The position numbers were made by a program, and so were the translations under genes. A stretch of 64,000 nucleotides of DNA from the human T2T-CHM13v2.0 reference genome, Homo sapiens, in the NCBI RefSeq assembly GCF_009914755.1, contig NC_060931.1; one strand, given 5' to 3'. Positions 22,131 to 44,857 of this stretch are shown piece by piece. Within the stretch, counting starts at the first letter, position 1, and each line of letters begins with the position of its first letter. The notes under the pieces are model-generated. The model was not told the origin of the DNA. It saw only the letters and a list, made by a program, of their open reading frames with translations, and made no database searches.

Positions 22131-22486
22131 ACCTTCATTGGATTCTAAACTCATCCATGTAACTGGTTCTTTGTTGGGGCTCTTGGCTCTGGCTCCCAAA
22201 GACGTGCTGGATTTATATGTGGCAGTGTTGGTCACAAGCCATCAGTTTGTAGAGTCCCATGGAAACTCAACCTCACAGCACTGGCCACACGTGTCAAAAA
22301 GGAGTTGCCAAGTCTTAGGCTTTTCTCCAGCCGGTGTTGGCTGTCTTTGCTTCCTTTTTCCCACCATGTAAAATACTATATTTTTGCCAAGCCCCAAATC
22401 ACGTTGTCCATGATCAGCCACCTCTACCCATGGCCATTTCTATGACTGAGCAATGTCTTAGCACTTATGTATTCAGCCTCCTCATC

Positions 22487-22610
22487 TGGAGCAGACTGTA
22501 TTTTTCAAAGATGTCCTCATCAATATATTTATCTATCCTATGTGCTCTTTTTACAAATTGACTGATAGACCTCTCCTGAAAAGTGGAGTCTGTGTGCCCT
22601 CTGAACCTTT
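22487..22610 (+). mobile_element. MLT1F/G/H-like LTR 5' fragment
   Basis: 'gcagactgtatttttcaaagatg...gtggagtctgtgtgccctctgaacc'. Confidence 0.55.
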
Positions 22611-22699
22611 AATAGGTTCAGACATCTTATTTGGGATGATGAAAGAGTTATGGAAATGGATCACAGTGATGGCTGCACAAATTATTTTTCTTAGTTTTA

Positions 22700-22983
22700 A
22701 AGTTTTGTTTAGAGATAGGATCTTGCTCTGTTGCACAGGCTGGAGTGCCGTGGCGCTATCATAGCTCACTGCAGCCTCAACCTCCCGGGCTCAAGTGATG
22801 CTGCCCCCTCAGCCTCCTGAGTAGCTGAGACCACAGGCATGTGCCACCATGCCTGGCTAATTTTTAAAGATCTTTAGTAGAGATCGGATCCCAGGCTGGT
22901 CTTGTACTCCTGCCCTCAAGCAATTCTCCTATCTCAGCCTCTCAAAGTGCTGGGATTATAGGTGTGAGTCACTGTGCCTGGCC
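22700..22983 (-). mobile_element. Alu (AluJ-like)
   Basis: Antisense dimer. Confidence 0.92.
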
Positions 22984-23084
22984 TTCAACTTTTTTTTAGT
23001 GGTGAATAGTAACTTACTAGTATATTGTAAATAATAGAACTAATAAGTGCAGGGCTCTCCTGTACATCAGAGTACCATATACCT

Positions 23085-23325
23085 ACCTTGTGGTTAAAGA
23101 CCTGGGTTTTGGATTTAGGCAAACTTGCATTCACATTCAGCGCCATATCTGTGCTGATCTTGGTGTGCTCTTGAGCAAGTTACTTGATCTCTCTGGGCCT
23201 TGGTTTCCTGAACTGTAAAATGGATAAAACAGAACCCTTGCCAAGAGTTGCTGGAGAATTGAACAAGGTAGGTGCATACTAGATCATGCACAAAAGCTTG
23301 GGGCATATTTGGTGCTCTCAAGAAG
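23085..23325 (+). mobile_element. MIR
   Basis: Core 'ttgagcaagttacttgatctctctgggccttggtttcctgaactgtaaaatgg'. Confidence 0.85.
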
Positions 23326-23335
23326 GGTTGGCTTA

Positions 23336-23632
23336 GCTGGGCATGGTGGCTCATGCCTATAATCCCAGCACTTTGGGAAGCCAAGACAGGAGGATTGGTT
23401 GAGCTCAGGAATTCAGGACCAGCCTGGGCAACAGAGCGAGACCCGATCTCTACAAAAAAATAAAAATAAAAAAAACCTTTTTAAGTTATCCAGGCATGGT
23501 GGCATGCACCTGTGGTCCCAGCTACTCAGGAGGCTGATGTAGGAGGATTGATTGAGCGCAGGAATTTGAGGCTGTAGTGAGCCAGGATTGCACCACTGCA
23601 ATCCAGCCTGGGTGACAGAGCAAGAGTCTGTG
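23336..23632 (+). mobile_element. Alu (AluJ-like)
   Basis: Sense dimer. Confidence 0.92.
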
Positions 23633-23803
23633 GAAAGAAGCAAGAAAGCAAGAAAAAGAAAAGAAAAGAAAGAAAGAAAGGAAGGAAGAGAAAGAGAAAG
23701 AAAGAAAGAGAAAGAGGGAGGGAGGGAGGAGAGGAAAGAAAGGAAAGGAAAAAGAAAGAAAAGAAGGAACAAAGGAAGAAGAGAAAGAGAAAGAAAAAGA
23801 AAC
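23633..23803. repeat. Polypurine (GAAA/GGAA/GGGA) tract derived from the Alu tail
   Basis: Directly visible. Confidence 0.95.
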
Positions 23804-23962
23804 AAACATCAGGTCTATCTCATTTGCTCTTCATAGCAGCTCAATAAAGTAGAAGCATCTTACCATCTCCTTGCTACAAAGGAAGAATAGGACCCTTGGG
23901 GAGATGAGGCTACCTTCCTAACAGTGCTTGAGGAGTGAGGGGTTAGAGCCTAGGCTGGCCCC

Positions 23963-24682
<720 letters not shown>

Positions 24683-24990
24683 GCTCCCCTTCTCCTGTTA
24701 TCTTGGGATTCTAATTCTGAAATAAGAGGAGGTTTAGATTTGCTGGGACCTTGGCCTCGGCTCTGGTTCCAGGGCTATGTCTAGACCACAGGGAAACACC
24801 CAGTCAATGAGGCGTGTTCAGAAGGAACAGGACAGCCTCAATAGCTTGTTCCAACGCAAAGCTAGGCCGACCGTCTTTACAGCCACCCTCACAGCCTTGG
24901 CAAGACTAGAAAGTACCAGTAAAACCGCATAAAGTGATGCTTGTTCAGACAGGTCCAAGCCAGCAGCACTCACCTTCAGAAGGAGATCTA

Positions 24991-25682
<692 letters not shown>

Positions 25683-25761
25683 AAAATGAAGGCAGGTGAT
25701 GGGGAGGAGTGCTACTTTACAATGGATAGTGAGACAGTGTCTCTTGGAGAAAGAGGTGGCT

Positions 25762-26048
<287 letters not shown>

Positions 26049-26124
26049 AGAAGGTGGCTTTGGAGCTGAATCCTGAAAGGCAAAAAGGACAGAGTTAAGG
26101 AATGAGTTATGGAAAGATGTGAAA

Positions 26125-26355
26125 CTGGATTTCTCCACCTGGGCACTGTGGATGTTTGGAGCTAGATAGTTCTTTGCAGTTGGAGGAACTGGGCTATCTT
26201 GTGCTCCCTGTGCCCAATAGGGTGTTGAGCGGCATCCATGGCCTCTGCCCGCTGGATGCCAGTAGCCCTCTTCTTATCCCCCAGCCCCCAAGTCCCCACA
26301 ACCAAAATGTTGCCAGATCACGTGTCCCACAGGAGGAAAAGTCAACCACTGACTG
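26125..26355 (+). mobile_element. MER20 (hAT-Charlie)
   Basis: 'ttctccacctgggcactgtggatgtttgg...gcggcatccatggcctctgcccgctggatgccagtag...acaaccaaaatgt'. Confidence 0.85.
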
Positions 26356-26680
26356 AGCCACAAGAAGGACGTCCCGCAACAGAGAACAATGACCATGTAG
26401 GACCCAATGTGGGAACGAGCTCGGCAGGTTTTCTTGGAACAGAAGTTTCCAGAAACAAAAGACTTCAAGCAGATGATAGCTGATGGGTGGAGTCCAGTGT
26501 GGGAGGAGAGGAGAGGAATGGGGAGAGGTGTATGGCCGGGGTGCTGGCAGGGAGCCTGGTGCTGTGGGAGGAAGGTGGATTTCATTCTGCATGGCAGGGG
26601 AGGACGCTGGAGGGACGTGGCCTAAAAGATCGCTCCAGCTGCTGGGGTAGGGGCCAGGGGACAGACTGGGGTTTACAAAA

Positions 26681-27480
<800 letters not shown>

Positions 27481-27763
27481 GGGATAGAGCAGGGATTGTG
27501 TATGTTTAACCAGCCCGGGCTCTGCCATATCACAGCCCAGACAATGGAATAACAGGGCTGAGATGAAGAGTGTTCCATCCAAGCTGGCAGCCTCTCAATG
27601 GCTTGTGGAAATCTGAGCAGCAGAAATCAAAAGGGAAACGATGGGCATTGCTTGCCTGTGAGTGAACAAGTTCAGAGCCGTACGCTCAAAGTGTCTAAAA
27701 CATCCTTTCCAACACATCCACGACCCTGCCCTGGGCTACATTGTGAATGGAGTGAAAGTTGTC

Positions 27764-28058
27764 TTTTTTTTTTTTTTTTTTTTTTGAGATGGACTCTTAC
27801 TCTGTCGCCCAGGCTGCAGTGCAGTGGCACGGTCTTGGCTCACTGCAAGCTCTGCCTCCCGGGTTCACGCCATTCTCCTGACCCTGAGTAGTTGGGACTA
27901 CAGGTGCCCCCCACCACGCCCGGCTAATTTTTTGTATTTTTAGTACAGACAGGGTTTCACCGTGTTAGCCAGGATGGTCTCTATCTCCTGACCTCGTGAT
28001 CCGCCCACCTCGGCCTCCCAAAGTGCTGGGATTACAGGCGTGAGCCACGGCGCCCTGC
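27764..28058 (-). mobile_element. AluY
   Basis: gcaagctc..cccgggttcacgccattc diagnostics; TSD aagttgtcttttt. Confidence 0.95.
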
Positions 28059-28224
28059 CAAGTTGTCTTTTTTTAAGAGTCCCTGAACAAGGTGCGTTGT
28101 TGCCTCTTCTGCAGAGCTCTGGCCCACTGCTGGAGAATTAGAACTCCCAAGCCACAACCAATCTTGAAACGCTAAAGGAGAATCCTGCAGAAGACACATC
28201 AAACCCTCGTAATGTGGAACATAA

Positions 28225-28566
<342 letters not shown>

Positions 28567-28758
28567 CAGTTTTTTCTGCATTTGTTATTACTTATTTTTT
28601 AACTGACAGCTAAACTTGTATATGTTTATTGTTTACAACATGATGTTCTGAAACACATATTCATTGCAGAATGGCCAAACCAAGCCAACCAACAGGCATA
28701 CGCATCACCTCACATTTGTAATTTTTGCAGTGGAAACACTTAAAATCTACTGTTTTAG

Positions 28759-29084
<326 letters not shown>

Positions 29085-29546
29085 CAATATATTGGTCACC
29101 ATGTTGTACAACCAATCTCTTGAGCTTATTTCTCTTATCTAACTGAAATTTTGTAAACTTTGACCAACATCTCCCAAACTTCCTCCCCTATCACTACCCC
29201 AAGCCCCCTGGTAACCTGGGCTCTGCCATATCACAGAGCAGATGATGGAATAACAGGCCATTCTACTCTGTACTTCTCTGAAATGGACTTTTTCAGATGC
29301 CCCATGTAAGTGAGATCACACAGTATTTGTCTTTCTGTGCCTGGCTTATTTCAGTTAACATAATTTCCTCCAGGTTCACCCATGTTGTTGCAAATGATAG
29401 GATTTCCTCCTTTTGTGGCTGAATAGTATTCCACGTTTCCTTTATCCATTCATCCAGTGATGGACACTTAGGTTGATTTCACATCTTGGCGATTGTGAAT
29501 AATGCTGTCAATCAGGAGTGCAAAAGACTTAAAAAAGGAAAAATTT

Positions 29547-30193
<647 letters not shown>

Positions 30194-30429
30194 TGATTCT
30201 ACTTCTTTTGGCTATATGCCCAGTAGTGGAATTGCTAGATCATATGCTAGGTCATATGCTAAATTTTTAAATTTTTTGAGGAATCTCCATACTGTTTTCC
30301 ACAGTGGTTCCCATGATGGCTGTACTGATTTACATTCCCACCAACAGTGTGCGAATGTCCCTTTTCTCCACATCCTCACCAACACTTAATCTTTCATCTT
30401 TTTTCAAATAGCCATTCGGACAGGTATGA

Positions 30430-31080
<651 letters not shown>

Positions 31081-31104
31081 TTGGCTTGTTATTTTATCAG
31101 CACC

Positions 31105-31625
31105 TGTATCAGGGATCTTTGGGTGACCGAAAGCCGAACACAAGCTGACTTAAGCAAGAAGGGCATATCTTGGGTTATTCACTGAACTCGAAGTCAGGGC
31201 AGTGATATGATGGAGCAGCTTACTGACTGTGTGCAATCTCTCCCAAGCCTGAGTTCAATCAGCCTGGTGAGAATATTTACACTATGGAAATTGGCAGATG
31301 CTATGAATCAGGGCTCTCTTACCCCTCACCCCAGAGCTGATTGTTAAACATTTACCAGCACACCACTGGATGTTTATTTCAGGTATGGCTGCATACAGAG
31401 GCCAAATGATGTCACCAACCCCTGACCTCGCTTTATCTCTCTGGCTTTCCTCTGCTGGCTACTCTCAAGCAGGCTTTCCCTTTATGATATGTGACAGTGG
31501 TGACAGTTCTAGCCTGCAAGCTTCCAGGGCAAGTGAAGGGCAAGAGAAAGGACCCCTTTCTCCCATGTCAAAGCCTCATTTTGTCTCTCTAGCTCAAAGT
31601 GGATTACATATCTGTTTCTTTTCTT
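31105..31625. mobile_element. Old MaLR (MLT1K-like) LTR interrupted by MER63-like element
   Basis: 'gctgacttaagcaagaaggg...ttcaggtatggctgcatacagaggccaaatgatgtcacc'. Confidence 0.55.
31200..31368. mobile_element. MER63A-like hAT element
   Basis: Imperfect TIRs cagtgatatgatgg / ccagcacaccactg; 'ttgttaaacatttaccagcacaccactg'. Confidence 0.75.
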
Positions 31626-31641
31626 TAAAAACATCGTTTTT

Positions 31642-32282
<641 letters not shown>

Positions 32283-32347
32283 AGATTACATGTCTGTTTC
32301 TAAACCAATCACTGTAGCCATTTAAAATTGAGTTGAAAAAAATATAT

Positions 32348-32505
32348 AGCCAGGTGTGGTGGCTCACGTCTGTTGTCCCAGCTGCTCAGGAGGCTGAGGT
32401 GGGAGGATCACTTGAGCCCAGAAGTTGGAGGCTGCAGTGAGCCATGATTGTGCCACTGCATACCAGCCTGGGCAATAGAACAAGACCCCCCATCTCAGAA
32501 AAAAG
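32348..32505 (+). mobile_element. Alu right monomer (FRAM-like)
   Basis: Right arm only. Confidence 0.88.
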
Positions 32506-32519
32506 GCCAGTGGCAGTTG

Positions 32520-33542
<1,023 letters not shown>

Positions 33543-33600
33543 TGAAGCATTTTTGAGTGCTATTTATAACATTTATATTTAATATCGGCATCCCTGAAAT

Positions 33601-33768
33601 TAAAAATATTTTATTAATTTTTTTATTTTTTTAATTTTTAATTAAATTTTAATTTAATTAAATTTAAATTAAATTTTAATTTAATTAAATTTAAATTAAA
33701 TTTGAATTAAATTTGAATTAAATTAAATTTGAATTAAATTTTAATTAAATTAAATTTTTTAATTTTTA
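33601..33768. repeat. Nearly pure A/T self-complementary tandem tract (AATTAAATTT-type units)
   Basis: Only 3 G and no C in ~165 bp; 27-mer and 11-mer periodicities. Confidence 0.93.
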
Positions 33769-34054
33769 GAGGTAGGGTCTCACTCTGTCACCCAGGCTGG
33801 AGTGCAGTGGTGTGGTAAGCTATGGCTCATTGCACCCCGGAACTCCTAGGCTCATGTGATCCTCCTGCCTCAGCCTCCTGAGTAGCTGGGACTACAGGTA
33901 AGCACCACCACAGCTGGCTAATTTTTAAAAATGCTTATAGAGACAGGATCTTGTTATGTTGCCCAGGCTGATCTTGAACTCCAGAGCTCAAGCAATCCTC
34001 CCACCTCAGCCTTCCAAAGCACTGGGATTACAGGCATGAGCCACCTTGCCCGGT
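33760..34054 (-). mobile_element. Alu (AluJ-like)
   Basis: Antisense dimer. Confidence 0.92.
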
Positions 34055-34756
34055 CTAAAAACATTTTAAGAAAAGCGTGCCAGTGATGGTCCAAGTACAT
34101 TTGGTAGCACATTAGAGCCTTGTTGCCCTTTGGAAGGATGTGTAACCTGGAAGATGTTGGTGTAGAGCGAGGACAGAACCAAGGGAGCCATTCTCAGCAA
34201 CAGAGCATTTTTCATAATGCTTTCCGTGTGGTTCTTCTTTTTGCCTAGCCTTGTATACAATCAGTCCCCCTCCCAAAATTGAGAAAATGATGAAAAAAAT
34301 TACACAAAATGTCAACTGAAGAATTATGAGGTTCACAAATTTGGAAAGGAGAGCTTTATTTCTTACAAAGGGTTGCAGCCTACAGGATGCCATCCCACAG
34401 GCTGGGAAGCGTAGCCTCAGGGAGAAGCCAGAAGCAGGTACGTGGAGGGAGGAAAGAAGGAGACAGGAATTTATACGGAACTATAAATATTCAACTATAC
34501 ATATTCAACAGGTGACTATACATATTGAACAGGTTATGGGAGGAGCTATGAATATTCATGAAGAGAGAACATACATATGCCTCATCAGCAAACAGCATGT
34601 TATATGCATCCTGTGTTCACTTTGGGCAGAGACTTAACATTTAAATGTGTCACAATGAAGCCCTACACATCAAAAGGTGAAGCAGAGGACACAAAGGCGC
34701 TCAGTGTACAGCATCTGTAGACTGGTCAGAACCACTCCATGATCTGTGGTCTCTTC

Positions 34757-35052
34757 TTTTGTTTTGTTTTGAGATGGAGTCCCAATCTGTCGCCTAGGCT
34801 GGAGTGCAGTGGGTGCAATCTTGGCTCACTGCAAGCTCCGCCTCCCAGGTTCATGCCATTCTCCTGCCTCAGCCTCCCGAGTAGCTGGGACTACAGGCGC
34901 CCGCCACCACGCCCGGCTAATTTTTGGTATTTTTAGTAGAGATGGGGTTTCACCGTGTTAGCCAGGATGGTCTCGATCTCCTGACCTTGTGATCTGCCTG
35001 CCTCAGCCTCCCAAAGTGCTGTGATTACAGGCATGAGCCACCATGCCTGGCC
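34757..35052 (-). mobile_element. AluY
   Basis: gcaagctccgcctccc..ttcatgccattc; aggcgcccgccaccacgcccggc. Confidence 0.95.
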
Positions 35053-35055
35053 TCT

Positions 35056-35370
35056 CTTTCTTTTTTGTTTTTTTTTTTTTTTTTGGAGACGGGGGGTCTC
35101 ACTCTGTTGCCCAGGTTGGAGTACAGTGGCCCAATCATGGCTCACAGCAGCCTCAACTCCTAGGCTCAAGTGATCCTCCCACCTCAGCTTCCCAAGTAGC
35201 TGAGACCACAGGTGTGCACTACCACACCTAGTGAATATTTTGGATTTTTTGTAGAGATGGGGTCTTGCTATGTTGCCCAGGCTGCTCTCGAACTCCTGGG
35301 CTCAAGTGATCCTCTTGTCTCAGCTTCCCAACATGCTGGGATTTACAGGCAGGAGGCACCACACGGGACC
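35056..35370 (-). mobile_element. Alu (AluJ-like)
   Basis: Diverged antisense dimer. Confidence 0.9.
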
Positions 35371-35639
35371 TCAGCGATCTCTTATCAGGGAAGAATGCTG
35401 GGCAGTTGCTGTGTTGAAACTGCAGACGGGGAGGGGAGTCTGGCAAGTCTTTCAAAAGCGCTGGTTTCTGTTTAACCCTTAGGAAAGAAAGTCTAATTGC
35501 AGTTAGCAAGGGAGAGGACATGGGGAGCTTGTCTAACCCCCCCGTTTCATCATGGCTGGGAACTCCATGTGTAAACTCTCTCTGAGGTCTCCCTCGCCAA
35601 GGGGGGCTTGTTCAGTTGGTTCAGGAACTTAGGATTTTA

Positions 35640-36037
<398 letters not shown>

Positions 36038-36224
36038 TTAACAACCATCTTGTTTTATGATGCAAACCCCATGCTTTAAGCATTTTACTTAAGCATTTAT
36101 GAACATGGTTTGTTGTTACATACAGGAGATTTACATATGATAAAACTGACTATTTTCACTTCTCCATTTCCAGCCTTTAACCTCCTAGCCTAGGAATCTG
36201 CAAACATTCGCTTTTTAAAAATTT

Positions 36225-36622
36225 TTTGAAATTTTTGTTTTGGGACAGGGTCTCGCCCTGTCACCCAGGCTGGAATGTAGTGGTGTGATCACCAGCTCAC
36301 TGCAGCCTCAACCTCCAAGGCTCAAGTCATCCTCCCACCTCAGCCTCCCAAGTAGCTGAGAACCACAGGTGTGCACCACCATGCCCAGCTAATATTTTTA
36401 TTTTTTGTAGAGATGACATCTTACCATGTTGCCCAGGCTGATCTCAAACTCCTGGGGTCAAGAGATCCTCCTGCCTCGAACTCCCAAAGTACTGAGATTA
36501 CAAACATGAGCCACCATGCCTGGCCTTTTTCTTTTTTTCAGTAAAGAAGGGGTCTCTCTATGTTGCCCAGGCTGGTCTCGAACTCCTAGCCTTAAGCAAT
36601 CCTCCTATCACCTTGGCCTCCC
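36225..36622 (-). mobile_element. AluJ-like followed by a truncated left monomer
   Basis: Antisense Alu pieces, junction ~36525. Confidence 0.88.
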
Positions 36623-36721
36623 TGTGGTGACAAAAGGCAGAGTAGTGGTTACCTAGAGGAGAGAATGATGGAGACAGGTCCCCAAGGAGCCTGGCCAAAT
36701 GCTGGAAGTTCTCTGTATGTC

Positions 36722-36778
36722 TGCCATCCAGTATGTAGCCACTAGCCACATGTGGCTATTTAAATTTAAATGTGAAAT
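36722..36778. mobile_element. MER3/MER33-like hAT fragment
   Basis: 'gtagccactagccacatgtggctatttaaatttaaa'. Confidence 0.75.
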
Positions 36779-36814
36779 TTACTTCCTTGGTATAATGATT
36801 CCTGAAAAAAAAAA

Positions 36815-37582
36815 AATCAGACATAGAATTATGCTGTGACTCAGTAATTCCACACCTGGTGCTGTAACCCCCCTAGAAGGTGAAAGTAGAGTCTGAAACA
36901 GGTATTTGCCCACCTGTGTTCACAGCAGCATTATTTGCAACAGCCAAGAGGTGGGAGCAACCGAATGTCCATCACTGGGTAAACAAATGTGATGTTTCCA
37001 TACAGTGGAATATTACTCAGCCTTAAAAAGGAAGGGAATTCTGACTCCTGCTACAACACTGATGAGCCTTGAAGACTTTATGCTTAGTGAAATAAACCAG
37101 TCACAAAAGGACACACACTGTATAATTCCACATTTATGAGACACTTAGAGTATCAAATTCAAAGAGACAGGGCTGAGCGCGGTGGCTCACACCTAAAATC
37201 CCAGCATTTTGGGATGCTGAGGCTGGTTAGCTGGCATGGTGGTGTGTGCCTGTAGTCCCAGCTATTCAGGAGGCTGGGCGAGGAGGATCGCTTGAGCCCA
37301 GGAGGTCTAGGCTGCAGTGAGCCATGACAGCATCACTGCACTCCAGGCTGGGTGACAGAGCAATACCTGGTCTCTCTTTAAAAAAAAAAAAAAAAAAAAA
37401 ATCATAGAGGCAGACAGTAGACTGGCAGCTGCCAAGGGTTTGGGAGAAGGAGATGAGGAGAGTTCATGGATAGTTTCAGTGGGGGAAGATGAGAAGTTCT
37501 GGGGATGGATGGTGGTGATAATTGCACAATAAGGTGAATATGCTTAGTGCCCATTGAACTGTACACTTACAAATGGTTAACA
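36815..37582 (+). mobile_element. L1MB-type 3' fragment, split by an Alu
   Basis: 'gttcacagcagcattattt', 'tggaatattactcagccttaaaaaggaagg', 'attgaactgtacacttacaaatggttaa'. Confidence 0.9.
37171..37401 (+). mobile_element. AluJ-like with internal deletion
   Basis: Left arm jumps to right arm at ~37225. Confidence 0.88.
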
Positions 37583-37584
37583 CG

Positions 37585-38094
<510 letters not shown>

Positions 38095-38420
38095 TAATTC
38101 CCAAGCATGAGACTTATAGACAAAGAGAGGGAGCTGCAAGCATTTCTACGCCCCTCACGCCGAGGGAGGTTTACTGTCATCTTCTCTGATGGTTAGAAGA
38201 CCTGGACTTGATGGTACAAGCAAAGACCCAAGTCCTATGCTTACCTTTGGCAGCCAAAAAGATGGGTACTCTAACTCAACTTCAGAGAGACTGCAGCAGG
38301 TCCTTCTTCCTCCAGATGGCTTCAGTCTTTTTTCTCCCTCATAATGGCGTCTTCACATTCTTGTGAAGATAAGAATGAATGAATTCCCATGCCTCACTGT
38401 GTACACTGGGGTCTTGTTGA

Positions 38421-38811
<391 letters not shown>

Positions 38812-39139
38812 TTATTTTTAATTTTAAAAATTTATATAAGTGCCAGGATTCCTGCCACCAAGGTTGAGATGACTTACAAAAGGAAAATGTGCCACAAAAT
38901 AATCTTAACTCAGATAGGAAGAAGGAATCAGGGCCAGTTCAGTGGAAAAGAAGTGACAACGAGGGACAGAAGAATTCAAAAGACAAGTCAAAGGCTGACA
39001 TAGTTGCTCTAGGCAAGCCTCTTATTTGGCTTAGAGCTTCCTGGCAGGCAAAGTGAAAAGGGAGATGTGACCAATGAGTTGCATTCTTCTTATTGTCAGG
39101 GAAAGAAACACATCTATGCCAGGTATCTCTCCTTTGCCA

Positions 39140-39965
<826 letters not shown>

Positions 39966-39984
39966 TAGTGTTAAACAGCAATTG

Positions 39985-40775
<791 letters not shown>

Positions 40776-41111
40776 CTGCCCTGGTATTTATACCCACTTT
40801 TACCTATATGCAAATAAAGGGGTGGTTTATGCAGACATTTCTAGTATGAGGGTGGTAACTTTCAGGTTGTGGGGTCATTGTCATGGAAAGGGGTGATAAC
40901 ATCCAAGTGTTGACATGGCAATGGTAAACTGACATGCTGCACTGGTGAGTGTCTTATGGAAAGCTGCTTCCACCAGTCTGTTTCACCTGGTCTTCAATTA
41001 GGTCCAGTATCTGGGCCCCACCTCTGGAGTTGAGTCCTGCCTGCTCCCTCATTGGGACCCTGATACCTTTTCCATTTCCCTGCCTAGCCCTAAGTCCTAA
41101 AATAAACTTCT

Positions 41112-41468
<357 letters not shown>

Positions 41469-41566
41469 CTAGTGAGTGGGGGGCGATGAACAAGTTCCCC
41501 ACAGCAAAGGCAAAAGCAGCAATGAATTTTAATGGACTGCTTCCTTCAATGAGAGCCAAGAACATC

Positions 41567-41660
41567 TCATTCACTCATTTGCCAAATAATTATTGAGCAC
41601 CTGCTATGGTGACCTGCCATCATTCCTAGTTGCTGAGAATTACAGTAGTGAACAAAAAAA
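41567..41660 (-). mobile_element. L2 3' end
   Basis: 'cattcactcatttgccaaataattattgagcacctgctatg'. Confidence 0.7.
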
Positions 41661-41669
41661 CCCAGTGAA

Positions 41670-42208
<539 letters not shown>

Positions 42209-42224
42209 CCTCTTTTTAAAAAAA

Positions 42225-42403
42225 TAGTTTTTTAGAGATAGGATCTCGCTCTGTTACCCAGGCTGGAAGTACAGTGGTGTGCTCATAGCTCACTGCAGCC
42301 TCACTGTTGCCCAGGCTGGTCTTGAACTCCTGGGATCAAGCGATCCTCCCACCTCAGCTTCCTAATATGCTGGGATTACAGGCGTGACGCACCAAGCCTG
42401 GCC
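42225..42403 (-). mobile_element. AluJ-like with internal deletion
   Basis: Right arm jumps to left arm at ~42303. Confidence 0.88.
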
Positions 42404-42590
42404 TCCTACTCTGACTTCTGATGCTCAGATCTTGAGGGTGGCACATAGAAGCCTTCTATCAGTAGACGTTTGTAGGCCGTTTGGGGATGTGTATTGCAGC
42501 CAGGGCCCAATGCTAAAATTATCTGTCATTAGTTAACTGGGTCTTGGTCATTAGAAACCAGGAGGACATCCCTTTATGAAAACAAAGTCA

Positions 42591-42903
<313 letters not shown>

Positions 42904-42943
42904 GTACAAATTCCAGGACCCTGGCTGGCAATGGTAGAGCTGA

Positions 42944-43423
<480 letters not shown>

Positions 43424-43600
43424 AAAAAGCTACAATTCTTAGCTGGCCATGTAACCACCTAAAATAAAGCCTTCATTTCCCAGCCTCCCTTGCAGCTAGG
43501 TATGTCTATATATCTAAGTCCTGGTCAATGGGTGTGTTTTTTTTAATTGACATAAAATTTGCATACCACAAAATTCACTGCGTTAAGGTATATAATTCAG

Positions 43601-43890
43601 GGCTGGGCACAGTGGCTCATGCCTGTAATTCCAGCACTTTGAGAAGCCAAGGCGGGTGGATCACTTGAGCTCAGGAGTTTGAGATCAGCCTGGCCAACAT
43701 GGTGAAAATCTGTCTCTACTAAAAATACAAAAATTAGCCTGGTATGATGACACACTTCTGTAATCCCAGCTACTAAGGAGGCTGAGGCGGGAGGATCACT
43801 AGAGCCCAAGAGATCAAGGCTGCAGTGAGCCATGATCATGCCTGCACTCCAGCCTGGATGACAGAGTGAGACCCTGTCTCAAAAAAAAAA
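43601..43890 (+). mobile_element. Alu (AluJb/S-like)
   Basis: TSD gtataYaattcaggg. Confidence 0.95.
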
Positions 43891-44259
43891 GTATACAATT
43901 CAGGGGTTTTGAGTATAATTTGCAATGTTGTACAATCATCACCGTTATCTACCTCCAGAATGGCCAATGAGGTTTAGGCTTTCAGGAACTTCCTTGAAAG
44001 GTGGCTGTTACAAACCATCTGCTCCTTCTTCTTTGTCCTTCCTTCTATTTTTATTAAACCTGGAATGTGAATGTGGTGGCTGGAGTTTCAGTTGCCATCT
44101 GGGACCATAAGGATGAGGTCACACCCCAGGGATGGCAAAATGAGAAGCTCGAAGGAGCCAAAATACCAGAGGCCTTTGTGCTGTCATACCAGCCAAGACT
44201 ATTGTCCCAGACTTTTAAATGAAAAAGGAATAAACTTTTGTCTTGCTTAAGGCACTCTT

Positions 44260-44535
44260 GGCCAGGTGCAGTGGCTAACAGCTGTAATCCTAGCACTTTG
44301 TGAGGCTGAGGCAGGAGGATCCTTTGAGGCCAGGGGTTTAAGGCCAGCCTGGGCAACATAGTGAGAAGACTCTGTCTCTTAAAAAAAAAAAAAAAAGCCA
44401 GGCATGTTACTGTATGCCTGTAGCTACTTAGGAGGCTAACGTAGGAGGATCGCTTGAGCCCAGGAGTTTGAGGTTGCAGTGAGCTGTGATTGTGCCAATG
44501 CATTCCAGTCTGGGTGACAGTGAGAATCTGTTTCT
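44260..44535 (+). mobile_element. Alu (AluJ-like), no poly-A
   Basis: Sense dimer abutting an antisense Alu. Confidence 0.92.
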
Positions 44536-44536
44536 C

Positions 44537-44857
44537 TTCTTTTTTTTTTTTTTTTTTTTTTTTGAGATCAGGTCTCACCTTGTTGCCTAGGCTGGAGTGA
44601 AGTGGTGCCATCATAGCACACTGCAGCCTCAACCTCCTGGGCTCAAGGGCTCAAGGGATCCTCCCACCTCAGCCTCCCGAGTAGCTGGGACTACACGTGC
44701 ACACCTCCATGCCTGGCTGATTTTTGTATTTTTTCTTTTTGTAGAGATGGGGTTTCACCATGTTGCCAGGCTGGTTTCAAACTCCTGAGCTCAAGCCATC
44801 CTCTCGCCGCGGCCTCTGAAAATGCTGGGATTACAGGTGCGTTCCATTGTGCTTGGC
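44537..44857 (-). mobile_element. Alu (AluJ-like)
   Basis: Antisense dimer. Confidence 0.92.

Noticed and set aside
34495-34536. ~21-bp tandem duplication ctatacatatt(c/g)aacaggt
   Set aside because: Ordinary slippage duplication within an LTR; similar trivial ones at ~30235 and ~55607
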